DNA of 64,000 nucleotides from Bacteroidia bacterium (GTDB taxonomy: Bacteria; Bacteroidota; Bacteroidia; UKL13-3): positions 37,949-101,948 of the forward strand of contig JBKBLB010000006.1 in assembly GCA_046296495.1 (NCBI GenBank), written 5' to 3'. The notes under the pieces were generated by a model that worked only from the letters and a program-made list of their open reading frames with translations, did not search any database and was not told the DNA's origin. The translations under genes and the position numbers were made by a program. Shown here piece after piece: positions 1-9,668 of this stretch (positions are counted from its first letter, which is position 1; the number at the start of each line of letters is the position of its first letter).

Positions 1-1
1 C

Positions 2-598
2 CTGCACAAAGAAGGAGCAACACTAAGAAGTTTAATGAACTGCTTCTCAATTGCTGTATCGCTTGGTTTACAATACGGTGTACCGCTTGAAGAATATGTT
101 GACAAGTTTACTTTTACCCGTTTTGAACCGGCCGGAATGGTTACCGGACATGATAATATTAAGAGTGCGACATCAATTATTGATTACATTTTCAGGATGC
201 TTGGGTTTGAATATTTAGGCAGAGAAGATTTCGTACAGGTTCAACCAACCGAAGCACAAAAAGCACAACTTGCCATAAACCAACACAAGCAAAGGCCAAA
301 ACAAAACCAACAACCTACAATTCAACAACCAGTAACATCGGTAGAGGCAAAAACCATTCAACCCAGCCCGATAGGTTTTTACAAGCCAAAAGCTGTTGAT
401 GAAAGTAATAACGGAACAAAAACAGAAGAATTTTCGAAAGAAAACACCATAACAGGAAATACAGATGGCAATCAGGTAACCAATTATTTAAAAAGCTTTG
501 GCGATAGTCCATCGTGCCCCAATTGCGGCCACTTAACCATACGTAGTGGTGCATGCTACAAGTGCATGAATTGCGGAACACAAACCGGTTGCAGTTAA
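2..598 (+). CDS. nrdJ: C-terminal fragment of a probable adenosylcobalamin-dependent (class II) ribonucleotide reductase. The 5' end lies upstream of the window.
   Basis: The reading frame is open from base 2. The C-terminus ends in a CPNCGH...CYKCMNCG four-cysteine zinc ribbon, which is typical of class II RNR C-termini, preceded by a Gln/Pro-rich linker. A strong terminator follows. Confidence 0.45.
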   Translation: MHKEGATLRSLMNCFSIAVSLGLQYGVPLEEYVDKFTFTRFEPAGMVTGHDNIKSATSIIDYIFRMLGFEYLGREDFVQVQPTEAQKAQLAINQHKQRPKQNQQPTIQQPVTSVEAKTIQPSPIGFYKPKAVDESNNGTKTEEFSKENTITGNTDGNQVTNYLKSFGDSPSCPNCGHLTIRSGACYKCMNCGTQTGCS

Positions 599-654
599 TA
601 AAACAAGCCACGTAATTACCTCCAAACGTGGGGAGGATATTAAATTAATATATA

Positions 655-687
655 AAGCCGAACCTTGTTAAAAGGTTCGGCTTTTTG
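655..687 (+). terminator. Rho-independent terminator
   Basis: Perfect 12-bp stem aagccgaacctt / aaggttcggctt with a 5-nt loop, followed by a T-run. Confidence 0.65.
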
Positions 688-756
688 GCATTATTTGTGT
701 GATTGCTTTAAACAAACTCCAATTATTAAAACTATAAAACCGATATTTGCAGGCTT

Positions 757-1401
757 ATGAAATATTTATTTTTAATTGTTTACAGTTCAGTTTTTATTAC
801 TGTTTCAGCTTTGGGTCAAACAACCGAAGCCGATAAACTTATTGATAAAATAAGCAAACGATACAAGCAGTTTAAAACCATAAAAGCCGATTTTAATTAC
901 AGCATAAAATTGCAGGGAAGCACAGCTCCCGTTGAAAAACAAAAAGGAAACATTTTAATTAAAGGCAATAAATTCAGGCTTGAAGTGGCTAACCAGATTA
1001 TAATTTGCGATAACAAAACTTTGTGGACTTTTAACCCAGATTTGAATGAAGTGCAAATTACCAATTACGATCCATCGCAAAACGGCATTAGACTTGATGA
1101 TATTTTTACCATGTACAACAAAGGGTTTTTAAGCAAAATTACCGGTACAAAAAAAGAAGCAAACCGCGAACTTGTTTTTATGGAATTAACCCCAAAAGAC
1201 AAAAAGAAAAATATATTTAAAGTAAAACTTACCATAGATAAAACCAACAGCCAAATTATAAACTCAGAAGTTTATGATAAAAGTGGCAACATACACACTT
1301 ATACCGTTTTGAACCAAGTGCCCAATTTGGTTTTTGAGGACAACAAGTTTGAATTTGACCCCAAAAAATACAAAGGCTTAGAGATTATAGATTTAAGATA
1401 G
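757..1401 (+). CDS. lolA: LolA-like outer-membrane lipoprotein carrier protein
   Basis: N-terminal signal peptide, about 210 aa, and a LolA-like motif pattern (KADFNYSIKLQ...ILIKGNKFRLE...DNKTLWTFNPDLNEVQI). Confidence 0.55.
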   Translation: MKYLFLIVYSSVFITVSALGQTTEADKLIDKISKRYKQFKTIKADFNYSIKLQGSTAPVEKQKGNILIKGNKFRLEVANQIIICDNKTLWTFNPDLNEVQITNYDPSQNGIRLDDIFTMYNKGFLSKITGTKKEANRELVFMELTPKDKKKNIFKVKLTIDKTNSQIINSEVYDKSGNIHTYTVLNQVPNLVFEDNKFEFDPKKYKGLEIIDLR

Positions 1402-1406
1402 TTGGC

Positions 1407-2210
1407 TTATTTGTAAGCCTTTACAATTAAACCGGTGCCGGTTTTATGTGTTGAGTGTGTATCGAACCAATTTAGTATAAAACTAACCGGATAGGTAATA
1501 AGGTAGTAAAAAGGTAAAATTACAAAAAACAGCTTACTTGCATTAAGCATTAACATGGGCCATTTCATACTCAATTTCCAAGCAATTTTTCCTGGATTGC
1601 CATAGCTGTATAATATTTCAATATTACTAAAACCGGCTTCACGCAATTTTGCATCCATTTCGGCAACGGGATACCCGTCTCTAACGTGTTCGCCAATAAA
1701 GCTTTCTCCTGTTTCTTCATGTACATCGCTGCCGCCTTGGTCGCTTGGTGTACTTATAAGCAATAGGGCATTTGTTTTCATGGCAGCATAAAAGTTTTTA
1801 AATACCTGTACATCTTCTAAAATATGCTCCATTACATCAACACATAAAACTAGGTCGTATTTATTATTTGCTATGTGTTTTGTTAAATCGCCAACCCTAA
1901 AAACAGCATTTTTTAACCCGCATTTTGCAAAAAAGTTATTGCAGTCTTCAATTTGTTCTGTTTTTACATCAACAGCATCAATTAAAAAAGATTTGTTTTT
2001 TTTAGCAAGCCAAAAACTATATTGGCCAAAGCCTGAACCGGCATCAAGAATGGTAGCATTTTGTTTACCTTTAATCCAAATTTTAAGCTCACGGTGAACA
2101 TGCCAGGTTCTAAGCAAAAGCAAATCAAGCAAGTTGTAAAAAAGTTTTCTTAGAACGGTGTATTTATTAAATACTATGCCTAAATCTTTTTTTATGGGGT
2201 CGTAGTTCAT
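1407..2210 (-). CDS. Class I SAM-dependent methyltransferase
   Basis: Motif I ILDAGSGFGQYS followed by an acidic motif II (IDAVDV), as in Rossmann-fold methyltransferases. Confidence 0.7.
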   Translation of the reverse strand: MNYDPIKKDLGIVFNKYTVLRKLFYNLLDLLLLRTWHVHRELKIWIKGKQNATILDAGSGFGQYSFWLAKKNKSFLIDAVDVKTEQIEDCNNFFAKCGLKNAVFRVGDLTKHIANNKYDLVLCVDVMEHILEDVQVFKNFYAAMKTNALLLISTPSDQGGSDVHEETGESFIGEHVRDGYPVAEMDAKLREAGFSNIEILYSYGNPGKIAWKLSMKWPMLMLNASKLFFVILPFYYLITYPVSFILNWFDTHSTHKTGTGLIVKAYK

Positions 2211-2214
2211 TCGT

Positions 2215-2586
2215 TTAGTCGTGTTGTTGGTTGCGTTTTTCGTCTTGTTCTCTTACGTTTTTTAAAACCTCTTCCATTTTAAAAACATAATCGAGCGTTT
2301 CATCAATAAAAAAATTAAGTTCAGGAACTACACGCGCCTGATTTTTAATTTTTGCGGCAAGATGTTTTCTTATTTCTTTACCGTTAAAGTTTATAAGGTT
2401 TAATAATTCTTCGCGGTTCCTAACCTTAAACATGCTTAAGTAAATTTTGGCATATCCCAGGTCGGGGCTTACATCAACCCTGCTAATGGTTACAAACTGA
2501 TTGTTTATCCAGTCTTTGTGTTTTAAAAACAAATCCGATAAATGTTGTTGCAACAACCCTGCAAACTTCTCCTGTCTTACACTCAT
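2215..2586 (-). CDS. rbfA: Ribosome-binding factor A
   Basis: About 120 aa with an RbfA-like KH-fold sequence (MSVRQEKFAGLLQQHLSDLF...ISRVDVSPDLGYAKIYLS). The start is taken at the internal Met of ORF 2215..2643. Confidence 0.7.
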   Translation of the reverse strand: MSVRQEKFAGLLQQHLSDLFLKHKDWINNQFVTISRVDVSPDLGYAKIYLSMFKVRNREELLNLINFNGKEIRKHLAAKIKNQARVVPELNFFIDETLDYVFKMEEVLKNVREQDEKRNQQHD

Positions 2587-2708
2587 TTTGCAAATATGCT
2601 CAAAAATTACTTTAGGCTCAAAAACCAATAAAAATAACATCAAATAAAGTTGACATTCTTAATAAGTGATAAAAGTTTTATTTTGCCCTTTTAAAATAAG
2701 CCAAATAC

Positions 2709-3497
2709 ATGAGTAGTTTTAAAGTAAAAACCATGGCCGAAGTTGCGGCAGCCGGAGAAGAAGCCGAAATTTTATTTTGGGTAGGATGTGCCGGCAGTTT
2801 TGATGAAAGGGCTCAAAAAATTACCAAAGCTATTGCCAAAATATTACATGCTGCAAATATAAAATTTGCCATTCTTGGTACCGAAGAAGCTTGTACAGGC
2901 GACCCTGCAAAAAGAGCAGGAAATGAGTTTTTGTTTCAAATGCTTGCCATGCAAAATATTAATACCTTAAACATGTATGGCGTAAAAAAAATTGTTACAG
3001 GATGCCCGCATTGTTTTAACACACTTAAAAACGAATACCCTGAACTAGGTGGAAATTATGAGGTTTTGCATCATACAACATTAATTAATCAATTATTGCA
3101 AAATGGAAAAATAGGTGTAAAAGGCGGAGCATTTAAGGGACAAAGAATTACTTACCACGATAGTTGCTATTTGGGACGCGCAAACAATATTTACGAAGCG
3201 CCAAGAGAGGTAATTGAAAAACTGGATGCTGAATTGGTGGAGATGAAAAGAAGCCGTGCAAATGGTTTGTGTTGCGGAGCCGGTGGCGCACAAATGTTTA
3301 AAGATGCAGAAAAAGGCCAAAAAGAAGTAAACTTGGAACGTGCTGATGATATGCTTGAAGCTGAGCCAAAGTTTGTTGCTGCAGCTTGCCCTTTTTGCAT
3401 GACCATGTTGCGCGATGGTATAAAACACCACAACAAAGAGCAAGAAATTGAAGTGAAAGATATAGCCGAACTTGTAGCATCTGCTATGGATTTGTAA
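2709..3497 (+). CDS. (Fe-S)-binding protein with two cysteine-rich CCG domains (GlcF/LutA/HdrD-like)
   Basis: Two CCG-type motifs (VGCAGSF...CTGCPHCFNTL and CCGAGG...ACPFCMTML). Confidence 0.7.
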   Translation: MSSFKVKTMAEVAAAGEEAEILFWVGCAGSFDERAQKITKAIAKILHAANIKFAILGTEEACTGDPAKRAGNEFLFQMLAMQNINTLNMYGVKKIVTGCPHCFNTLKNEYPELGGNYEVLHHTTLINQLLQNGKIGVKGGAFKGQRITYHDSCYLGRANNIYEAPREVIEKLDAELVEMKRSRANGLCCGAGGAQMFKDAEKGQKEVNLERADDMLEAEPKFVAAACPFCMTMLRDGIKHHNKEQEIEVKDIAELVASAMDL

Positions 3498-3502
3498 TTC
3501 TG

Positions 3503-4255
3503 CTAAATTTCTTCTATTAACTTGTACAATATAGGTTTGCTTGGGCTGGCATCACTTTCAAAAGGCGCAATCATTAGCTGCAACACATACAATCCATCTT
3601 CAATATTATTATCAATGTAAGCCATTTCTGTAATGGTAGCGTGTTTTCTAATATTGTTTGGGTACTGCCAAAAAGCTTTATGTGCAAGTAGTTTTCCATC
3701 ATCTTCCTCGCGGTCAACACTGGGTAAATCTATAACTAAATGTAAAATATTTTTTTGAGCCAAAAACCTGCATAAATCCTCAGTATAATAACAAGGATTT
3801 TTACCACTGTAGTTACGTAAAAGTTTATCTTCTGTGTTTGGTAATGTTCTTATTACAAGAGCTTCAATATCATTTATTATAATAGGTTCAACTAAATCTT
3901 GTGTAACTAACAAATCTCCGTTTTGCAAAACAACAGGTTCAACACTTATAATTTGTGCTATGCTTGTAAATTGTTGTAAACATTGGTTTATGGTATATCC
4001 GTTTGTAATATGGCCTACACATTCGGTGTGTGTGCCGTTTCCATGTGGGTTTATATGCAAATTATAACAATTTACAGAACCGCCCAATTCAGTGCTTCCA
4101 ACAAAATTACCAATCTTAAACGGTTCAAAAACAGGGTTTTGTATATGAAATGCATTGGGATTTTTGCTGCCGTTTTGTAAGGATATTGAAATATCTATGG
4201 GATTTAGTAGGCTAAACCGGTATGTTTTTGCCTTGAACCGAATATTTGTAATCAT
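3503..4255 (-). CDS. Cyclase family protein (kynurenine formamidase-like)
   Basis: HGNGTHTECVGH matches the HxGTHxDxPxH metal-binding motif of the cyclase/arylformamidase family. Confidence 0.6.
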   Translation of the reverse strand: MITNIRFKAKTYRFSLLNPIDISISLQNGSKNPNAFHIQNPVFEPFKIGNFVGSTELGGSVNCYNLHINPHGNGTHTECVGHITNGYTINQCLQQFTSIAQIISVEPVVLQNGDLLVTQDLVEPIIINDIEALVIRTLPNTEDKLLRNYSGKNPCYYTEDLCRFLAQKNILHLVIDLPSVDREEDDGKLLAHKAFWQYPNNIRKHATITEMAYIDNNIEDGLYVLQLMIAPFESDASPSKPILYKLIEEI

Positions 4256-4317
4256 AAATATGTTTGTGTTATTTGTTGCGAAAATTTATAATATAATCGG
4301 TTAAAAAAAATTTTTAC

Positions 4318-5469
4318 ATGCAAAGCAGCTACGAGCGTAAACGAATTTGGAAAATGCTGTTGCTATTGGCAGCAATGGCCATAGGTGTTTTTAGCCTTTG
4401 GTACACCAACAGGCTTGTAAAAGCGCTTGCCATACAAGAAGAAAAAAAAATAACGCTTTGGGCTAATGCCACAAAACAGCTTATAAACAGCGAAGGAGAT
4501 ATAAATTTTTTGCTTGATATTATTAAAGACAATGAAACCATACCAACCATATTGGTTGATGATAACGGAAATATTATAACAACAAGAAACCTTGATAGCA
4601 CCCGAATAAACGATACAGCCTACCTTGCCCGACAACTGGAAGAAATGAAAGCCGAACATGAACCCATAGTAATTTCTTACGATAATGAGCGGTACAATTA
4701 CCTGTATTACAAAAACTCAACCATTTTGCTTTCACTAAAACGATATCCATATATTCAATTGGCATTAATTGCATTTTTTGCCATTATGAGTTATTTAGCA
4801 CTTAGCAGCAGCCGCAGAGCCGAGCAAAACCAAGTTTGGGTAGGTATGAGTAAAGAAACGGCTCACCAGCTGGGTACGCCCATTTCAAGCTTAAAAGAAT
4901 GGATTAATTTGTTAAAGGAAACAGATGAACAAGCCAAAGAAAATATAATATCAGAGCTAAACCGAGATATACAAAGACTTGAACTAATTACAGAAAGATT
5001 CAGTAAAATTGGTTCAGAGCCGGTTTTAAAAGCCGAAAACCTAGATTTGGTTGTTGAAAAATCAATTGCATACCTACAAAAAAGGGTAAGTAGCAAAGTA
5101 AAGTTTTCGGTAAACATTGCTACGCCCGGCAATTGGGCATATATCAACATTCCGTTATTTGATTGGGTAATGGAAAATCTTTGTAAAAACGCAGTTGATG
5201 CTATGAATGGCAGTGGAAGTATAAATATAAACTTAAACCACAACAACGAGTTCGTATATATTGATATTAGCGATACCGGAAAAGGCATTCCGCGTAGCAA
5301 ATTTAAAACGGTTTTTAAACCAGGTTATACTACTAAAAAACGAGGTTGGGGACTTGGTTTAAGTCTTGTAAAAAGAATAATTAAAGACTACCATAAAGGA
5401 AAAATATTTGTAAAGCAAAGCGAGCCTGGAAAAGGTACAACCTTTAGAATAATTTTAAAAAGTGCATAA
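4318..5469 (+). CDS. Sensor histidine kinase (membrane-anchored). No response regulator is adjacent.
   Basis: N-terminal TM segment, H-box HQLGTPISSL, and HATPase_c N and G boxes (DTGKGIP...GWGLGLSL). Confidence 0.8.
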   Translation: MQSSYERKRIWKMLLLLAAMAIGVFSLWYTNRLVKALAIQEEKKITLWANATKQLINSEGDINFLLDIIKDNETIPTILVDDNGNIITTRNLDSTRINDTAYLARQLEEMKAEHEPIVISYDNERYNYLYYKNSTILLSLKRYPYIQLALIAFFAIMSYLALSSSRRAEQNQVWVGMSKETAHQLGTPISSLKEWINLLKETDEQAKENIISELNRDIQRLELITERFSKIGSEPVLKAENLDLVVEKSIAYLQKRVSSKVKFSVNIATPGNWAYINIPLFDWVMENLCKNAVDAMNGSGSININLNHNNEFVYIDISDTGKGIPRSKFKTVFKPGYTTKKRGWGLGLSLVKRIIKDYHKGKIFVKQSEPGKGTTFRIILKSA

Positions 5470-5470
5470 A

Positions 5471-5881
5471 ATGGGAAGAATTTTGGGAATTGATTATGGA
5501 ACCAAACGTGTGGGACTTGCTGTAACCGATGAATTAAGAATTATTGCCACAGCTTTGGCAACCATTAAAGAAATAGAAGTAATATCGTATATTGAAAATT
5601 ATTTAAAAACCAACAATGTAGAGGCATTTGTAGTAGGCTTGCCTTTAAAACTTGATGGAACAGATACTCATGCAACACAAGCAACCGAAAAATTCGTATC
5701 TTTGTTGGCTAAAAAATTTCCGCATTTGCCGGTTTACAGGGTTGATGAAAGGTTTACATCTAAAATTGCCCAACAAACATTGTTGCAAATGGGGTTAAAT
5801 AAAAAGCAACGCGCATCAAAAGAAAATGTAGATATGATTAGCGCAGTTTTAATTTTACAAACTTATTTGGATAGTATTTAA
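5471..5881 (+). CDS. ruvX: Holliday junction resolvase-like protein RuvX/YqgF
   Basis: MGRILGIDYGTKRVGLAVTD N-terminus. The ORF-track start at 5462 is a GTG. The ATG at 5471 is preferred. Confidence 0.85.
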   Translation: MGRILGIDYGTKRVGLAVTDELRIIATALATIKEIEVISYIENYLKTNNVEAFVVGLPLKLDGTDTHATQATEKFVSLLAKKFPHLPVYRVDERFTSKIAQQTLLQMGLNKKQRASKENVDMISAVLILQTYLDSI

Positions 5882-6436
5882 ATGATTTTACCAATTGTAG
5901 CCTACGGAGATCCGGTACTTAGAAAAATAGGCTCAAACATAGATATTACATACAGCGGCCTGAACCAACTTATAGATTCGATGTGGGAAACCATGTATCA
6001 GGCTAACGGGGTTGGTCTTGCTGCACCACAAGTTGGTAAAAGTATCAATCTTTTTATTATTGATACCGGTATGTTTGAAGAAACCGACACTGAAAAAATA
6101 AAACAGGTTTTTATAAATACCGAAATGCTTGATGAAAATGGTGATAAGTGGGAGTTTGAAGAAGGTTGCCTTAGTATTCCCCATATCAGAGAAAAAGTAA
6201 AGCGCCATTCAAATATATTTATCCGATACCAGGATGAACACTTTAATACTTTCGAAAAAGAGTTTACAGGATTAACGGCACGTGTAATACAGCACGAATA
6301 CGACCATTGCAAAGGCATTTTATTTGTTGACTACCTAAGTGATTTAAAAAAGCGATTGCTAAAAAACAAATTAAAAAACATAAGCCTTGGTGGAGCTCAG
6401 GTTAATTATAAAATGCGTTTGCCTGTTATGAGGTAG
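5882..6436 (+). CDS. def: Peptide deformylase
   Basis: GVGLAAPQVG, EGCLSIP and HEYDHCKG motifs. Confidence 0.9.
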   Translation: MILPIVAYGDPVLRKIGSNIDITYSGLNQLIDSMWETMYQANGVGLAAPQVGKSINLFIIDTGMFEETDTEKIKQVFINTEMLDENGDKWEFEEGCLSIPHIREKVKRHSNIFIRYQDEHFNTFEKEFTGLTARVIQHEYDHCKGILFVDYLSDLKKRLLKNKLKNISLGGAQVNYKMRLPVMR

Positions 6437-6488
6437 AATATTTTGATATGAATAGCTTATTTGTGTTAATTAAAAAATCAAAATAGTT

Positions 6489-6703
6489 GTGGAAACCATA
6501 CTTATACAAGTAAATAATAATAAGGCTTATAAATTGATTGAAGATTTAGAGGAATTACAGTTAATAAAAGTTTAAAAAAAAGCAGATTAACAGAGAATAA
6601 ACTTTCAGAAAAATATGCCGGCTGTTTACCTGTAGATTTAGCCGAAGATCTTCAAAATCAATTAAAAAATAGCAGAGAAGAATGGATCAACAGAAATTCT
6701 TGA
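6489..6703 (+). pseudogene. Type II antitoxin remnant (Bacteroidota antitoxin family commonly paired with PIN toxins). Interrupted by an in-frame TAA.
   Basis: Possible GTG start. VETILIQVNNNKAYKLIEDLEELQLIKV is followed by TAA at 6573-6575. The same frame then continues KKADLTENKLSEKYAGCLPVDLAEDLQNQLKNSREEW. It overlaps the downstream toxin start by about 20 nt. Confidence 0.45.
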
Positions 6704-7073
6704 TTGATACGAATGCTATAATTGATTATTTAGGAAAAAAACTGCCTGATTCATATCAATGAAATTAATGAATGAGATTATTGATGAAAACCCAATTATT
6801 TCAGTAATTTCTAAAATTGAGTTGTTAAGTATCAATACTTCTGTAGAACATTACAAATTATTGACAGATTTTGTAAATGATATTTCAACAATAGATTTCA
6901 CAAACAGCATTGTAAATGAGTGCATTAAAATTAGAAGGTTTCATAAAACAAAATTACCTGACGCAATTATTGCTGCAACGGCATGAACAAACAACTTAAA
7001 ATTGATTACTAGATACATAAACGATTTTAAAAATATATCTAACTTAAAAGTTCTAAATCACCACTTAATTTAA
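6683..7073 (+). pseudogene. PIN-domain (VapC-like) toxin remnant with a frameshift near 6750-6762 and an in-frame TGA at 6984-6986
   Basis: Segment 1 in frame 2 reads MDQQKFLIDTNAIIDYLGKKLPDSYQ*. Segment 2 in frame 0 reads MKLMNEIIDENPIISVISKIELL...LPDAIIAATA, then TGA, then TNNLKLITRYINDFKNISNLKVLNHHLI*. The conserved PIN N-terminal (IDTNAII) and C-terminal (DAIIAATA, LITRNxxDFKNI) blocks are all present but not contiguous. Confidence 0.55.
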
Positions 7074-7101
7074 TTATTAAAGTTAAAATTTTTTAAAAAC
7101 T

Positions 7102-9330
7102 TTAATTCAAATCAAGCCTATGAACCGATATTAAAGGGCTTGCAGCCGTAATAGCATGTATTAGGCTATCGAGATGTTTGGTGTCTTTTACTTCAAGAAA
7201 AATATTACCCTCAAATTTTCCTTCGTTGCTGCTAATGCTAATGGAGCGCATGTTTATTTGAAGTTGTTTTGAAATAATATCGGTAATGGTACTTACAATA
7301 CCAACACTATCAATACCCTCAACACGAATAGAAGTAAGAAATGAGCCTGTATTGTTTAACTCGTTTTTTGCCCAACGTGCTTTAATAATTCGGTAACCGT
7401 AATTGCTCATAAGCCCTATTGCGTTGGTACAATTAGTACGGTGAATTTTTACACCTTCGCCAACCGTTACAAAGCCAAAAATATCATCTCCGGGTATTGG
7501 GTTGCAACAATTGGCAAAACTGTATGCCATATCTTTTTCATTTTCTCCAAGTATTACACTATCTATGGCTGTTTGCTTTGGTTTATTTTTCTGAACCGAT
7601 TCCGGTTGTTGGTTTTCTGTAGTTGTGTTTGGTTCAACTTTTAATATTTCCTGAATATTTAATCGAGTGCGGTCAATTTTTTCGCTGGCAAGTTGATAAT
7701 ATAGTTCAGATACCGAAGGTAATTTGTAGTGTTTTATTATGGTGTTTAATGCATCGCTGGTAAAAGGAATTTTGGCATTTTTAAATTTGCGTTCAAGAAT
7801 TTCTTTACCCATTGCGCTAGCACGTAATTTTGCCTGTTTAAAAAAATCCCTGATTTTTGCTTTTGCTTTGGCTGTTACAACAAAATCGTTCCAGTCTTCG
7901 TGAGGGTTTTGCTTGTTTGATGTTAATATTTCAACTTGGTCGCCATTGTTTAGCACATGATTTATGGGCACTAACTTGTTGTTTAATTTTGCGCCTATAC
8001 ACTTTAATCCAATATCGCTATGAATATCAAAAGCAAAATCTAATACGGTTGCTTTGCTAGGCAGTTTTCGCAGTTCGCCTTTGGGCGTAAAAACAAAAAT
8101 TTCATCGGTGTATAATTCAAGTTTAAAATCATCTAAAAACTCAAGAGCATTAGAGTCAGGGTTTTCTAAAATTTCACGCACTTTGGCAAGCCATGCTTCA
8201 ATAGAGCTTGTTTGTTTGGCAGCTTGTGGATTGTCTTTATATTTCCAGTGGGCAGCATAACCTTTTTCGGCAATTTCATCCATACGTTTACTGCGAATCT
8301 GCACTTCTACCCATCGGCCTTTAGGTCCCATAACGGTTGTGTGTAAACTTTCGTAACCGTTGGCTTTTGGGTTGCTTATCCAGTCTCTTAACCTATCAGG
8401 ATTGGGTTTGTAATGTGTTGTAACAATCGAATATATTTTCCAGCAATCAGATTTTTCTTGTTCTCCAAAGCTGTCAACAATAATTCTTATGGCAAACAAA
8501 TCATACACCTCATCAAAAGGTATGTTTTGTTTTTTCATTTTGTTAAGAATGGAGTGTATGCTTTTAGGCCTTCCTTTTATTTCGTAAACAAAACCTGCTT
8601 CATCAAGGTCTTTGGTAATAGGTTCAATAAATGTTTTTATATACCGGTTTCTTTGAATTTTGGTTTCGTTTAACCTGTTTTTTACATAGTTATAGCTTTC
8701 GGGTTCAAGGTATTTTGTTGATAGGTCTTCCAACTCGGTTTTAATGGCATACAAACCCAGTCTGTGAGCCAAAGGTGCATATACATATGCCGTTTCAGAT
8801 GCTATTTTAAGCCGCGAACGCTCACTCATGCTATCTAGGGTTCGCATGTTATGCAAGCGGTCGGCAAGTTTTATTAAAATTACCCTTACATCGCTGCTTA
8901 GGGTTAGCAACATTTTTCTAAAGTTTTCGGCTTGAATACTTCTGTCTTCATGCTGATCGAAAACCCCTGATATTTTGGTAAGCCCGTCAATGATATTTGC
9001 TACTTTATCACCAAATTTTAGTCTTATTAAATCAAGAGAAATATCTGTATCTTCAACTGTATCGTGTAAAAACGAGCAAATTACACTGGTAACTCCTAAG
9101 CCAATTTCTTCTGCACAAATTCGGGCTACGGCCAATGGATGCAGTATATATGGCTCACCACTTTTTCTGCGCATGTTCTTGTGTGCATCTAAAGCCATGG
9201 TAAAGGCTTCGCGAATAAGCTTTTTATCTTCTTTGGTAATATTTCGCTTTATGCTTTTAAGTACATTGCGGTATTCTTTTAAAATGATGGCATTTTCGTT
9301 TTCGGGTGTAAATTCAACGGGTTTGTTCAT
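7102..9330 (-). CDS. relA: Bifunctional (p)ppGpp synthetase/hydrolase (RelA/SpoT homologue, RSH)
   Basis: 742 aa. HD hydrolase motif (HPLAVARI...FLHDTVEDT), synthetase domain, TGS and C-terminal ACT-like regions. Confidence 0.9.
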   Translation of the reverse strand: MNKPVEFTPENENAIILKEYRNVLKSIKRNITKEDKKLIREAFTMALDAHKNMRRKSGEPYILHPLAVARICAEEIGLGVTSVICSFLHDTVEDTDISLDLIRLKFGDKVANIIDGLTKISGVFDQHEDRSIQAENFRKMLLTLSSDVRVILIKLADRLHNMRTLDSMSERSRLKIASETAYVYAPLAHRLGLYAIKTELEDLSTKYLEPESYNYVKNRLNETKIQRNRYIKTFIEPITKDLDEAGFVYEIKGRPKSIHSILNKMKKQNIPFDEVYDLFAIRIIVDSFGEQEKSDCWKIYSIVTTHYKPNPDRLRDWISNPKANGYESLHTTVMGPKGRWVEVQIRSKRMDEIAEKGYAAHWKYKDNPQAAKQTSSIEAWLAKVREILENPDSNALEFLDDFKLELYTDEIFVFTPKGELRKLPSKATVLDFAFDIHSDIGLKCIGAKLNNKLVPINHVLNNGDQVEILTSNKQNPHEDWNDFVVTAKAKAKIRDFFKQAKLRASAMGKEILERKFKNAKIPFTSDALNTIIKHYKLPSVSELYYQLASEKIDRTRLNIQEILKVEPNTTTENQQPESVQKNKPKQTAIDSVILGENEKDMAYSFANCCNPIPGDDIFGFVTVGEGVKIHRTNCTNAIGLMSNYGYRIIKARWAKNELNNTGSFLTSIRVEGIDSVGIVSTITDIISKQLQINMRSISISSNEGKFEGNIFLEVKDTKHLDSLIHAITAASPLISVHRLDLN

Positions 9331-9480
9331 AAAAAGCGTTACCTACAATTATAAAACGCATTTTTAACATTTGCCGGCTATTACCCAACTTTTTTATAAA
9401 GATTTGTAAATTAAAAATTAGTAAGTTAACTTTGCAATCCTTTTTTGAATTGGTTATTACACAATGTCAGTTCAAACAAA

Positions 9481-9562
9481 GCGGATGTGGCGTAATTGGT
9501 AGCCGTGCCAGACTTAGGATCTGGTGCCGAAAGGCGTGGGGGTTCGAGTCCCTCCATCCGCA
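9481..9562 (+). tRNA. tRNA-Leu (anticodon TAG)
   Basis: 7-bp acceptor stem gcggatg/catccgc, GTTCGAG T-loop, anticodon loop ctTAGga, and the long variable arm typical of Leu/Ser tRNAs. CCA is not encoded. Confidence 0.8.
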
Positions 9563-9668
9563 CAAAAACAAATAAACTGTCTGAAAAGTATTTACCCTAA
9601 AAGACAATTAAAAAATACTTTTCAGGCATTTTTTTTAAAAACCTATTTCGAAATATTCTTTTTTAAAA

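Noticed and set aside
3093-3480. Antisense ORFs inside the CCG Fe-S protein gene, and similar small ORFs nested in other genes (4329-4774, 7441-8673, 29077-31603, 53362-53949).
   Set aside because: They are nested within well-supported longer genes on the opposite strand and have no motifs or independent signals.
5462-5470. GTG start for ruvX at 5462, overlapping the histidine kinase stop.
   Set aside because: The ATG at 5471 gives the canonical MGRILGIDYG RuvX N-terminus.
6573-6986. In-frame TAA and TGA inside the TA genes could indicate stop-codon reassignment (a TGA-recoding lineage).
   Set aside because: Every other long gene in the window terminates normally at TAA, TGA or TAG and has no internal stops. 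The toxin also has a frameshift. Pseudogenization is the simpler explanation.
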